DNA of 64,000 nt from Deltaproteobacteria bacterium (GCA_024276905.1 JAJRWF010000148.1:9821-73820); one strand, 5' to 3'; numbered from the stretch's first letter, positions 47,585-57,074 are shown. The notes: generated from the sequence alone by a model not told the origin. Translations and numbers: made by a program.

Positions 47585-50383
47585 TCAATTCAAAATATTG
47601 GCAAGTTCATTTACGGCAACTGCTGCCGGGCTGCCCGCACCAAGCAGGGCAGCGAGTTGTTCGGCTTTTTTCTGGGCCGAAACATACTTGGCACGCCCGA
47701 CACGACTGGCGATATTGGCCACCCGACCAATCAGGCCCGGAGCCTGCGCCAAGACTTGCTGCTCGACATCTGCAAGCTTGGTCAGCAATGCCTGTTTATA
47801 GGCCGGAGCAAAACCGCCCTGCTGACCGTTTGCGACGACAAGCGAACCACTTGTGGTCCCGAAAACCAGATCATTATAGTTGCTGCCTGCAAAGTTCAAG
47901 ACAAAAACACTGCTGGCTCCGGTGATGCTCACGCCGGTGGGCAGCAGTGAAGCGACCTGACCGCTACTCATAACGGCCTCAAACAGTTCCCCCTGAATGA
48001 GCAACATCAATTCGCGGACACCATCGGCGTCCCAGTCGGTGAAAAGAGGGACCGCAGGCGCGGTCAAAACACCGATCGTAACCTGAGAATTCAGCAGCGG
48101 CGAAGCATCATCTCCAACGTTATCAAAAAGCAGAAGATCGTTACCGGAACCGACAATCAGATCCTTGTCGCCATCATTATCCAGATCAGCAACTGCCGGA
48201 AAAGCTTGCGATCCGACCGTAACCAGCCATTGGCCAACAGTGGAAAAGAAGTTGGGGCTTGCATCACCGAGGAAAAGCTTGACCGAACCATCAGCCCCGC
48301 CGACCAAGAGGTCAAGCCGGTCGTCATTGTTCCAGTCAACCAGGCAGGGGGCTGCACCCGCAATCTGAGCCAACGGGAGTTGCTGACCAGCGGCCGCAAA
48401 GACAACCCGATTCGGGGTGGAACTCGACCCGGTCATTTTACCCGCAGTCAGATCTTCAATCGTGTCATTACTTTGTGGGTTCTGGATCGAAGCGCCCGGA
48501 TAGAATTTGATATAGCCATTGTCAGCCAGAAGCAGATCAAGGATACCGTCCCGGTCAAGATCAGCAACCACCGGTGCGATATCAGTACCCGATATCGCCT
48601 GCCCTGCCAGGTTCAGATCGTGAGTGGCAAACCCGCTCGCGATACGCGCCCCGGACAGATCGGCAACGACGTCGACAGAACCATTCTGTGCAAGTGCAAC
48701 CGTTACGACATAAGGCTCAAACCCAGCGGCTTCGACAACGATTGAATAGCTTCCTTCAGTCAAATCACGTATCTCGACCGGAGCAATTCCCAGGGCACGG
48801 CCTGCATAGCCATGGTGACCGCTGAGATAAACCCTGGAACCCGCGACACTGGAGGATACCCTGAGGACTGAAGGCTGATAAATGAAATTACCGCTGTTGG
48901 TCGATACAGTTTCAAGCGCAGTATTATCAATCGCAACAACCTGCCAATTATAACTGTTTCCTGGAGTCAGTCCGGACGAAAGGCTGGCAACCGCAGCGCT
49001 GGTACCGGTATAGACACCACTTGCAAGCGGTGCCCCCCCGGCAGAGATTTCGACACGGTAACTGAGAGCAAAGTTGGGGTCGGGATCGCTCGACGCAGTC
49101 CAGCTCAGCACGTCAGCCCCTCCGGCAGCCCCGCCGGCCAGAAATGTCGTCAGGACGGGCGCCGCGGGAGCTTCCTCGACAGCGTTGATGTCAATGGGGG
49201 TTGCCGCAGACCAGCTCGATGTCAGCAGACCATCGTCAGCCTGAACCTGCCAAGTATAACTGGCATTTTCCACCAAAGTAACATTGACGGTAGCCAGGGT
49301 CGGATTTGCTCCCTCGGCAACACTGAATGCGGCGACTGAAACACCGCCAGCATCAAGCACGCGCACATTGTAAGTCAGGGGGTTATTTTCAGCATCACTG
49401 GCATTGTTGAATTGCAGTACGGGAGTTGCACTGGCTACTTCACCGAATGTTACCGGCACCGGAACACTCGGCGGTGTATTGGCCTGAACGGGAGTCGACC
49501 CGCCATCAACACCGTAAACATCCACACGGTTACCCGCCCAAATCACAAAAAGACGGTTGGTCAGTCTGTCGTAGGCCATCGAGGCAGGACGGTTGATCGT
49601 CCCGTTGTCAAAGGTCCCCAACAAGGTCGAGGGAAGCGCCATGACTCGGATATTGCCAGACTCAGAATCTCCTACATAGAGCCGGTTGGCACCATCAAAT
49701 GCCAACCCGCCGAAAAACTGGAGCCGGGTACCGAAAGCAGTCGCTGCATCAAACTGACTTTTGAATGTATAGTCTGAATGAAAAACATAAAGCTGGGGGG
49801 TCTGGGTCCCCTCAAAAACCGGGTCTGCAACATAGATGTCACCCAGCGCCGGATCGACCCCGATATTGGAAATACCGCCAAAATTAACCCCCGCCAGCAA
49901 ATTCACACCGCCAGCAGCCGGGAAAATCTTGACCTGCCGCGTACTGGTGTCGGAGCAAAGGACATCACCATTCGCTCCAATGGCAATAACACCCGCATCC
50001 TGAAATTCACCGGCGCCACTGCCAAGGTAGCCCTGCAATGCCCCGTTGGCATTCAGCACCGCAACCTTGTCGCCTGCCGAAGCGTAAATCGCACTACCAT
50101 CTGCTGCGACCGCCAGTCCAAGGCCCGAAATCGTCACAGCGTTAAAACTGGCCACGCGGGTACCGAACTTATCGAACTTGACGATATTTTTGCCGCCGGT
50201 ATTGGCCACGTAGAGATTGCCCGCATCGTCCACGGCAACCCGACTGGGCCGGAACAAACCATCGGTTATCTGGCCCAAAGGCTGGATCACTGGCATGGCA
50301 GCGTAGGCGGAGCCTTGCCATATCACTCCAAATAACAGCGATATCACCGCAAGCAGGCAGATATTGATGCAGGACCGGGTCAT
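47585..50383 (-). CDS. secreted NHL-repeat beta-propeller / Ig-like / PEGA / FG-GAP(VCBS)-repeat protein
   Basis: GGAGG lies 8 nt before the ATG at 50383 (MTRSCINICLLAVISLLFGVIWQGSAYA); the track ORF extends to 50566. NHL-like RPSRVAVDDAGNLYVANTGG. PEGA-like SYSIVVEAAGFEPYVV. FG-GAP-like DLDRDGILDLL, DWNNDDRLDLLVGG, DLDNDGDKDLIVG. Confidence 0.85.
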   Translation of the reverse strand: MTRSCINICLLAVISLLFGVIWQGSAYAAMPVIQPLGQITDGLFRPSRVAVDDAGNLYVANTGGKNIVKFDKFGTRVASFNAVTISGLGLAVAADGSAIYASAGDKVAVLNANGALQGYLGSGAGEFQDAGVIAIGANGDVLCSDTSTRQVKIFPAAGGVNLLAGVNFGGISNIGVDPALGDIYVADPVFEGTQTPQLYVFHSDYTFKSQFDAATAFGTRLQFFGGLAFDGANRLYVGDSESGNIRVMALPSTLLGTFDNGTINRPASMAYDRLTNRLFVIWAGNRVDVYGVDGGSTPVQANTPPSVPVPVTFGEVASATPVLQFNNASDAENNPLTYNVRVLDAGGVSVAAFSVAEGANPTLATVNVTLVENASYTWQVQADDGLLTSSWSAATPIDINAVEEAPAAPVLTTFLAGGAAGGADVLSWTASSDPDPNFALSYRVEISAGGAPLASGVYTGTSAAVASLSSGLTPGNSYNWQVVAIDNTALETVSTNSGNFIYQPSVLRVSSSVAGSRVYLSGHHGYAGRALGIAPVEIRDLTEGSYSIVVEAAGFEPYVVTVALAQNGSVDVVADLSGARIASGFATHDLNLAGQAISGTDIAPVVADLDRDGILDLLLADNGYIKFYPGASIQNPQSNDTIEDLTAGKMTGSSSTPNRVVFAAAGQQLPLAQIAGAAPCLVDWNNDDRLDLLVGGADGSVKLFLGDASPNFFSTVGQWLVTVGSQAFPAVADLDNDGDKDLIVGSGNDLLLFDNVGDDASPLLNSQVTIGVLTAPAVPLFTDWDADGVRELMLLIQGELFEAVMSSGQVASLLPTGVSITGASSVFVLNFAGSNYNDLVFGTTSGSLVVANGQQGGFAPAYKQALLTKLADVEQQVLAQAPGLIGRVANIASRVGRAKYVSAQKKAEQLAALLGAGSPAAVAVNELANILN

Positions 50384-50466
50384 AGTGATGCCTCCTGAAA
50401 ATAAGAGTCGCGGGCCATCTGAGGCCCCTGGCGCTCCAAGTGTCTGGTTTCCTGCATGCGTTGGAT

Positions 50467-50482
50467 TGCAAAGATGATACCA
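50467..50482 (-). promoter_or_regulatory. sigma-54 -24/-12 promoter of the megacytochrome operon
   Basis: The minus strand reads TGGTAT-CATCT-TTGCA with exact consensus spacing (GG..N10..GC). It lies 84 nt upstream of the ATG at 50383 and directly downstream of the sigma-54 activator gene. Confidence 0.6.
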
Positions 50483-50522
50483 GTCACAAAAAAAGCCAAA
50501 CTCCAGCACATCACAGACAAAT

Positions 50523-50557
50523 AAGTGGCCGCTGAAATGCTGAAACAGCGGCCACTT
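50523..50557 (-). terminator. 12-bp perfect hairpin after the activator gene (terminator and/or activator-binding palindrome)
   Basis: AAGTGGCCGCTG-11 nt-CAGCGGCCACTT, located between the stop at 50594 and the -24/-12 element. The downstream T-run is weak. Confidence 0.45.
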
Positions 50558-50593
50558 GGGGAACATCCGAGAGCAAATTAAAATTGGGGGGAG

Positions 50594-51964
50594 CTATAAA
50601 AACTTGAACTTTTTCATCCGGTAGCGGAATGCGTCAATTCCAAGATTCAGTTTTTTCGCGGCCTTCGATTGGTTACCGTCTGAAGACTCCAGGGCCTGTC
50701 TGATCAGTTCACGCTCAACATCCTCAATATCGATCCCCTCCGGCGGCAATGCAAACACAAGAGGGCTGCCGCCTGCCGGGACTGCACGCGATACCAGTTC
50801 ACGCGGCAGATGTTCGGCCTCCATCATCTCATCATCCTCAAGGATCACGGCTCGTTCAATAACGTTGCGCAGTTCACGAATATTTCCCGGCCAATCATAT
50901 TCAGTGAGAATTTTCTCGGCGGCCTGCGATATTCCTCGAACATTCTTCCCGAATTCCTTGTTGAAGTTTTCGATAAAGCTTTGTGCAAGCACCAGAATAT
51001 CGCCGCGCCGCTCACGTAGCGGCGGCAGGAAAATCGGGATGACCTGTAAACGGTAGTACAGATCATTACGAAAGATTGTTTCTTCGATCGCCTGCAGCAG
51101 ATCGCGGTTTGTCGCTGAAACGATTCGGATATCGACATGAATATCCCGGGTTCCGCCAACACGGCGGAAAGTCCGATCTTCAAGGACTCGCAACAGTTTC
51201 GCCTGAATCGGCATCGGCATGTCGCCGATTTCATCAAGAAATACCGTGCCGCCATTCGCCATCTCAAAGAGGCCCTTTTTCTGGCTTTTGGCGTCAGTAA
51301 AGGCGCCTTTTTCATGTCCCATCAACTCACTTTCAAGCAGAGTTTCCGGCACTGCGGCACAGTTGATCGCCATAAAGGGCTTGTCAGCACGGCCACTTTC
51401 ATAATGAAGGGCCTTGGCGATCAACTCCTTACCGGTACCACTCTCACCCTGAATCAGTACGGTTCCGGCATCGCTCTGGGCAATCTTACGCACCATACTC
51501 AGCACATGCTGCAAATCACTGCTGGCACCGATAATACTGTCGATACTGAAACGCTTGGGCTGAACGGCTCGCAGGTGCGCGACCTCGCGTTTAAGTTCGC
51601 GGGTCTCAAGGGCCTTCTTGATGACAATTGCCAGTTCGTCAAGATTGAACGGCTTATTTATATAGTCGTAGGCACCAAGACGCATCGCCTTGACCGCAGT
51701 TTCAAGCACACCCAGGGCGGTGACCATGATCACGATCACTTCATCTTCGAGGTCCTTGACTTTTTCGAGAACCTCCATGCCATTCATCCCCGGCAACTGA
51801 ATATCGAGCAGCATCAGATCGGGCGGATCTTCCTGCAACAGACGCAAGGCATCTTCTCCGGACCCTGCCGTACTGACCTCATAGCCCTGCTTCTTGAGGT
51901 TCTGCTCAAGCGACCAACGAATCAAATGCTCATCATCAACTACCAGGATCTTGCTCTTCGTCAC
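50594..51964 (-). CDS. sigma-54-dependent response regulator (NtrC family enhancer-binding protein)
   Basis: Receiver (ILVVDDEHLI...LLDIQLPGMNG), AAA+ domain (GESGTGKE, GAFTDA, ...RELRNVIERA) and a C-terminal Fis-type HTH. Confidence 0.95.
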   Translation of the reverse strand: MTKSKILVVDDEHLIRWSLEQNLKKQGYEVSTAGSGEDALRLLQEDPPDLMLLDIQLPGMNGMEVLEKVKDLEDEVIVIMVTALGVLETAVKAMRLGAYDYINKPFNLDELAIVIKKALETRELKREVAHLRAVQPKRFSIDSIIGASSDLQHVLSMVRKIAQSDAGTVLIQGESGTGKELIAKALHYESGRADKPFMAINCAAVPETLLESELMGHEKGAFTDAKSQKKGLFEMANGGTVFLDEIGDMPMPIQAKLLRVLEDRTFRRVGGTRDIHVDIRIVSATNRDLLQAIEETIFRNDLYYRLQVIPIFLPPLRERRGDILVLAQSFIENFNKEFGKNVRGISQAAEKILTEYDWPGNIRELRNVIERAVILEDDEMMEAEHLPRELVSRAVPAGGSPLVFALPPEGIDIEDVERELIRQALESSDGNQSKAAKKLNLGIDAFRYRMKKFKFL

Positions 51965-52012
51965 AATAGTGTCTCCTTATCCCAGCGCGGGAGAACTCCT
52001 CCCGAGGCTCGA

Positions 52013-53491
52013 CTATCCCCTGCCCGGCCGATCATTCAGCACCGGCAGCATCAGGGTGAATTGCGTCCCCTTGCCGAGCTCACTCTCAACTTCCAGACTT
52101 CCGCCATTATTCTCCATCAACTGCCGACAGATCGGCAGGCCAAGTCCTGTTCCTTGTGTTTTTGTGGTAAAAAACGGCGTAAATATTTTTGCCCGCACCT
52201 CAGCAGTCATCCCCGGCCCGGTGTCCGAGATACAAATCTGCACCCAGTCGTTTTTGTCGATATGGATACGATCTGTCTGGACCGTCAACATGCCGCCATC
52301 AGTCATTGCCTGCACGGCATTGAGGGCAATATTGAGCACGACCTGCTGGATCTGCTTGTGATCAATCCAGACCGGGGGCAAGTCACGGGTCAACTCATCG
52401 ACCCGATTGACCTTCTTGGACTCGGGGTGCTGAGCGACAAAGAGCAGGGTCTGCTTGAGCAGCTCGTTGATATCGGCAAAGGCAAATTCCGGCTTGCCGG
52501 GCTTGCCGAAATAGAGCAGATCATTGACGGTCTTATCAAGTCGCCCGATCTGTCCCTGAATCTGCAGCATGATTTCACGACGCTGATCACCTTCGGGGTA
52601 ATCATCAGAAAGGACATTAATCGCGCCACTGATACCGGCCAGAGGATTCTTGATTTCATGCGCCAGTCCGGCAGCCATCTCCCCGACCGAAGCAAGACGG
52701 TCAACCCGTTCCATCTGCTGGTAATGAAACCGCTCAAGTTCATTCTGTGCCGTTGAGAGATGATCGACCATCGAATTAAAGCCGGTCATCAACTGACCGA
52801 TCTCATCGTCCTGCAGCGGCTGCATCCGCACCGTCAGATCACCATCTTCGACCTGTGCCATGCATTGGGTGATCTTTTCCAGCGGTCGCCGCAGAAAGCG
52901 GATCATGACCACCGAGATACCGGCAGCCAGCGATCCAAGGATGACCAGAGTCGAAACGATAAACAACTGGCTGGTTTCACGCAACTGCAGGTACATCTCG
53001 GCCAGAGAAAAATTCATATTGAGCACACCGATGACCCGCCGCCCATTTCCATGGCAACGAAAACACCGCTCGTCCGAAATAATCGGCCGCACCATCGCCA
53101 GAACCCGGCCACCACCCTGATCCTGAATAACCCCTTCCGAAACCTTGTTTTTAAACAGGGCAAAGTCATGGACGCCGATACGTGTCCCGATTTCACTTGG
53201 ATTCGCCGACTTGAGGATAACCCCTTCCGGGCTGAAAATCCGCACCCCGAGCATACCGTGACCATGACCGACCGTCTCAAGAGTCGCCTGGACTTCAGAC
53301 GTGTTACCGAGCCGCATCGAATTAAAAATGGACTTTTCGATGGTCCCAAGCAACATGTTGGCGTGATGACGGGTGGTCGTAATCAGATGGGTCTGCTCAC
53401 GATAAAGATGAAACAAGGTGAAGATGCCGACACCGAGGGCAAGCAGCAGCACATTGAACAGAATGATGCGGCTGATCAGGCTTTTAAACAT
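52013..53491 (-). CDS. sensor histidine kinase with periplasmic CxxCH motif, HAMP, HisKA and HATPase domains
   Basis: Two TM helices flank a roughly 150-aa periplasmic loop containing CFRCH (53051..53065). HAMP domain, H-box GLAHEIKNPL, ATPase G-boxes (DTGPGM, GTGLGL). Confidence 0.9.
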   Translation of the reverse strand: MFKSLISRIILFNVLLLALGVGIFTLFHLYREQTHLITTTRHHANMLLGTIEKSIFNSMRLGNTSEVQATLETVGHGHGMLGVRIFSPEGVILKSANPSEIGTRIGVHDFALFKNKVSEGVIQDQGGGRVLAMVRPIISDERCFRCHGNGRRVIGVLNMNFSLAEMYLQLRETSQLFIVSTLVILGSLAAGISVVMIRFLRRPLEKITQCMAQVEDGDLTVRMQPLQDDEIGQLMTGFNSMVDHLSTAQNELERFHYQQMERVDRLASVGEMAAGLAHEIKNPLAGISGAINVLSDDYPEGDQRREIMLQIQGQIGRLDKTVNDLLYFGKPGKPEFAFADINELLKQTLLFVAQHPESKKVNRVDELTRDLPPVWIDHKQIQQVVLNIALNAVQAMTDGGMLTVQTDRIHIDKNDWVQICISDTGPGMTAEVRAKIFTPFFTTKTQGTGLGLPICRQLMENNGGSLEVESELGKGTQFTLMLPVLNDRPGRG

Positions 53492-53530
53492 GCGCGCCCT
53501 CCGGACATAAGACCTGTTTCGGCATCGCGA

Positions 53531-54133
53531 TCAACGCTGCGGCGTTTCGCGATTACCAGGCCGGGGTGGTGAACTTTCAACCGACGGTGCGCCCCCCTGA
53601 GAACCCGGTTTCGCAGCAGGCTGTTTTTTCTTGGGGACATAGACAAACTCCCACTCGCTGTAAAATCCACGGCCCTCAAAATCCTTATTCTCCTCAGAAA
53701 AGTTGCCCTGCTTAAATGGTTCCTCTTCAAGCGAAGAACGCACCCCCTTGATCCGCCCACCCTTGTCCTTGAGCAAGACCCAGTCGTCACCCGTCATCGG
53801 GTCAGCATATAGGCGGCGCAGATGTCTTCGTGTCTGCAGAAAACGTGGATCCTTGAGCAGATACTCAAGTTTCGAGGGATAAAGGCTCGGAGCACCCTGC
53901 CCATGGGAAGAACGGTAATAGGAACCGATAGCCTTGCGGATCTGCCCCCCCTTCCAGAGCAGATCGGCTTCACGCGCCCGCTGGGTCAAACTGCTCCAGG
54001 TCGCCCCGGCAACTCCCATTGAAAGCCCGAGAATCGACATCAAAACCAATACCGGCACCAAGGACACACCGGACTCACTCCTGAACAGGCTCAAGGGCGC
54101 TATTGTAGAGATGACTGGCTCAGCTTTTATCAT
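53531..54133 (-). CDS. pseudopilin-like (GspG-like) protein lacking the canonical Glu5
   Basis: SG|VSLVPVLVLMSILGL hydrophobic N-terminus, then ...IRKAIGSYY...YPSKLEYLLKD...ADPMTGDDWVLL, a GspG-like pattern. Position +5 is Pro rather than Glu. Confidence 0.5.
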   Translation of the reverse strand: MIKAEPVISTIAPLSLFRSESGVSLVPVLVLMSILGLSMGVAGATWSSLTQRAREADLLWKGGQIRKAIGSYYRSSHGQGAPSLYPSKLEYLLKDPRFLQTRRHLRRLYADPMTGDDWVLLKDKGGRIKGVRSSLEEEPFKQGNFSEENKDFEGRGFYSEWEFVYVPKKKQPAAKPGSQGGAPSVESSPPRPGNRETPQR

Positions 54134-54797
54134 TGCCCCCCGTCAGATAGGAGAAAATCAGGTCATCAAGTGCCTCCGAGACATCCTGTCGCGGATCCCG
54201 ATCCTCAGCACTTGGTGGCTCAAATGCCGGTTCAATCGCCGCAGGGAGGTCATCGGCAACTGACGGCATTTCGGGCTCATCACTCGCATCAGGCAACACC
54301 TCCCGTTCTACCCTGGCGGCAACAACAGGCAAATCGAGCGGAACCGCATCAAGTTCTTCGATTTCCGCGCCGAGCAGAGGTTCTTCACCCGCCGCGCCAT
54401 CAGAAGCGACAGCCGTCACGGCAGACTGCTTTTCACCGGCCTCAGCGCCGGAGACGACCTCAGGAGCGGGAGCAGTTTCGGCGCCGGCCGGTTCAGCGGG
54501 ACATGATGGCGGCTCCCCCTCAATTTCAATCCCGAACTCGCGAATACGTGCGTCGAATTCCCCCTTGGTCAGCCGTCGCAGCATCCCCTTGTGTTGCTCT
54601 TTGGCAAGATCTTCAACCACCTGATTGAGATTATCGACCCCAAGGATATCGGCGTATGAGGTTTTCTGTGAAGAGATAATTATGCCGCCATGATAGAGCA
54701 GGGTCACCAGACTCGGACTCTTCAGCCCACCGTCTTCTGTCTGGACATGAAAACTGACCCCCAGATAAAGAACATTATGATTAAAACCAACTATCAT
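54120..54797 (-). CDS. hypothetical protein (structured N-domain, acidic low-complexity tail)
   Basis: 225-aa ORF overlapping the next gene by 14 nt. No family recognised. Confidence 0.5.
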   Translation of the reverse strand: MIVGFNHNVLYLGVSFHVQTEDGGLKSPSLVTLLYHGGIIISSQKTSYADILGVDNLNQVVEDLAKEQHKGMLRRLTKGEFDARIREFGIEIEGEPPSCPAEPAGAETAPAPEVVSGAEAGEKQSAVTAVASDGAAGEEPLLGAEIEELDAVPLDLPVVAARVEREVLPDASDEPEMPSVADDLPAAIEPAFEPPSAEDRDPRQDVSEALDDLIFSYLTGGNDKS

Positions 54798-54979
54798 GCC
54801 GACCCCTTGGTAAAGCCCTGAACACGACCAGGCTCAATTCTTAGAATACTTAAATATCACGTTCCGCCATATGACACAATGACTCATTTATCCGCCCGAA
54901 ATAACAGCGGTATTTTTTCAACTTTCTGACCGCCATAAGCTCACACACGGTGCAGTTTTCCCGGTATGCACTGCAGGTC

Positions 54980-55591
54980 CTACTCTGACGTATCGGGGGC
55001 AGGAATATTCAATGGTGTCACTGGTGACGGTTCTTCCTCGTCCTGTTTTTCCGGTGCATGGCTGTAACGAAATTCAGCCTTGACAGGCCGAGAAATATCG
55101 ACGTGCCCTTTCAAGGTCGGCTCAACCTGGCCCTCAACCAGAATCTGCAACTGACGCAGATAGGGAAAATTAACCGCCAGAGTGTTGGCCAGCCCATAGA
55201 CAGTCAGCAATTCCGACAGACTGCCCCCGGGATGCATATCGACAAGTTCGCGACTGAAATTGATCCGTGCCAGGTCCTTTTCGATCTCGACACCGAGGAC
55301 ACGCGTCCGCTCGGGAATCACCGGTTGCAGCTGTTGTGATCCCGCAGCTAAAGCTTCAATTGTCTGGGCGATACATTGCCGCTCATCGTTACACCCGGCA
55401 ATCCTCTGCTCCTCGGAAACCAGATAAAGTCCCAGCGGATCAGCAAAATAAAGAACAACGTCGCGAGGCTCATAAGCAACCGGGGGCGCAACCGCTGGTA
55501 CGGATTGCGTCTGTCGTGCTGGCCAGACAGCCCAGAGAATCAGCAACAGCACAAGGGCAAAAAAACCTATCAGTAAAATCAGTCTGTTCAT
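54980..55591 (-). CDS. GerMN-domain protein
   Basis: N-terminal TM, then VVLYFADPLGLYLVSEEQRI...RVLGVEIEKDLARINFS...LTVYGLANTLAVNFPYLRQLQILVEG. Confidence 0.7.
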   Translation of the reverse strand: MNRLILLIGFFALVLLLILWAVWPARQTQSVPAVAPPVAYEPRDVVLYFADPLGLYLVSEEQRIAGCNDERQCIAQTIEALAAGSQQLQPVIPERTRVLGVEIEKDLARINFSRELVDMHPGGSLSELLTVYGLANTLAVNFPYLRQLQILVEGQVEPTLKGHVDISRPVKAEFRYSHAPEKQDEEEPSPVTPLNIPAPDTSE

Positions 55592-55599
55592 TGGATAAC

Positions 55600-56394
55600 T
55601 CAGCCTATATGAACCTGGGTCACGACGTGCAGTTCTGCACCAAGAAAACTGCTGCCGATTCTTCTGAAGCGGGTGGGAACATCCGTCACAAAAAACTGCT
55701 GTTCGCCCTCTCCCTCTCCAGCCATAAGCCCTTCAGAGTACAACAAATCCGCGACCTCTGTTGCGGTCGATGCCGCAGAATCGACAAGCTCAATGTCTGG
55801 CCCGACAGTGCTACGAATTGCTTTTCTGAGCAAGGGATAATGCGTACAACCAAACACCAGCGTATCAATTTTTTTACGCAACAATGGAGCAAGATATTCC
55901 CCGGCAACATCCCGGGTCACCGGGTGCTCAGCCCAACCCTCCTCAGCCAGCGGAACAAAAAGAGGACAAGCCGCAGAAAACACCGTTGCTTCCGGGGCCA
56001 GACTACGTAATGACCGTTCGTACGAACCGCTATTGATCGTTCCTTCGGTCCCCACCACACCAATCCGGCAGCCCCCCCCGGCAACAGCAGCACGAGCGCC
56101 GGGTTCAAGCACCCCGATAACCGGCAATTTAAGTTTTTCACGTAACTCCGGCAACGCAACCGCCGAAGCGGTATTGCAGGCGACAACCAGAAGCTTGATT
56201 CCCTGCCCCTGAAGAAAAGTAGCGGCCTCAAGAGCATATTGGGTCACGGTTGCCGGGCTTTTAGTCCCGTAAGGAACCCGTGCGGTATCACCAAGGTATA
56301 TGAATCGCTCATTCGGCAGACGCCGAATCAGTTCATGACAAACCGTGAGGCCTCCGACTCCGGAGTCGAATATTCCTATCGCATGCTGTTTCAT
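55600..56394 (-). CDS. murI: glutamate racemase
   Basis: IGIFDSGVGGLTV, LVVACNTAS, GCTHYP. ATG at 56394 (the track ORF extends to 56502). Confidence 0.9.
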   Translation of the reverse strand: MKQHAIGIFDSGVGGLTVCHELIRRLPNERFIYLGDTARVPYGTKSPATVTQYALEAATFLQGQGIKLLVVACNTASAVALPELREKLKLPVIGVLEPGARAAVAGGGCRIGVVGTEGTINSGSYERSLRSLAPEATVFSAACPLFVPLAEEGWAEHPVTRDVAGEYLAPLLRKKIDTLVFGCTHYPLLRKAIRSTVGPDIELVDSAASTATEVADLLYSEGLMAGEGEGEQQFFVTDVPTRFRRIGSSFLGAELHVVTQVHIG

Positions 56395-56615
56395 AATCCT
56401 GGAGTCAGGTCCTTCTCCGAGAAATCCCGGCCTGGCCGCTGCACCTGGCCTAAATAAGCGAGACAAGAGAGCTATCGTAGATAAGCCACCGAATGAAGTC
56501 AAGATTTTGCCCGTCGGAAGTCTTTCAACTTCACGAAAAACCTGCTAACCTTTGACAATTGAGTTCACGGTTGTGGACAGTATCCGCGAAGAGTCCGCGG
56601 TGAAGGAGGGCACAA

Positions 56616-56948
56616 ATGCACTGGCAGGATTTTCTGGATTTCATGACCAACTTCCGCACTGACCGGATCATGGAACAGCTGGCCGCCTGGAATATCGGCA
56701 ATCTGAGCCAGAACCCCTACGTGCTGGCAGGCCTGGTTCTGGCCATTGCGATTACCTTCTTTCTTGGCTGGAAAGCGATTTCGGGGTTTATTGCCGGTCT
56801 CGGTGGATTCACCTATGCTCTCTCATATGCCGTCTCTAAAGGAACGGGAACCGAAGGCCTGTCAGGTGGCGGAGTCTGGGTTCTGGTCGGCGGCGGCGGC
56901 GTAGCCATCATTCTATTCATTTATCTGCTTTTCATCCGTTCAGAGTAA
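56616..56948 (+). CDS. small hypothetical membrane protein
   Basis: 110 aa with 2-3 TM helices. No family recognised. Confidence 0.45.
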   Translation: MHWQDFLDFMTNFRTDRIMEQLAAWNIGNLSQNPYVLAGLVLAIAITFFLGWKAISGFIAGLGGFTYALSYAVSKGTGTEGLSGGGVWVLVGGGGVAIILFIYLLFIRSE

Positions 56949-57074
56949 CAGGGTGACAAAGCTGACTCGTCACCTGGTTACTGGTCACAAGTCACCGCCC
57001 TGCAGATTGACCCTGGCCTGTCATTCAGGTCATAAGTATGCAATCCGCTTATGCTCACGACCCAAGGAGACCCC

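Noticed and set aside
50384-50466. GEMM-I/c-di-GMP-type riboswitch in the 5' UTR of the cytochrome operon (ACGCAUGCAGGAAACC resembles ACGCACAGGGCAAACC)
   Set aside because: Only the first ~16 nt resemble the motif. I could not find the second conserved half (GACGCAAAGCC...) or the two-hairpin architecture. A covariance-model scan would be needed.
50384-50566. N-terminal extensions of track ORFs (NHL protein to 50566; nrdD to 60922; murI to 56502; nuclease from 21393; lipoprotein from 27340)
   Set aside because: In each case an internal ATG has a proper SD and starts a signal peptide or the conserved domain. The extensions overlap promoters, repeats or neighbouring genes.
51137-52756. 539-aa plus-strand ORF
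   Set aside because: It is antisense to the clearly recognisable sigma-54 activator and histidine kinase, and it shows no motifs of its own.
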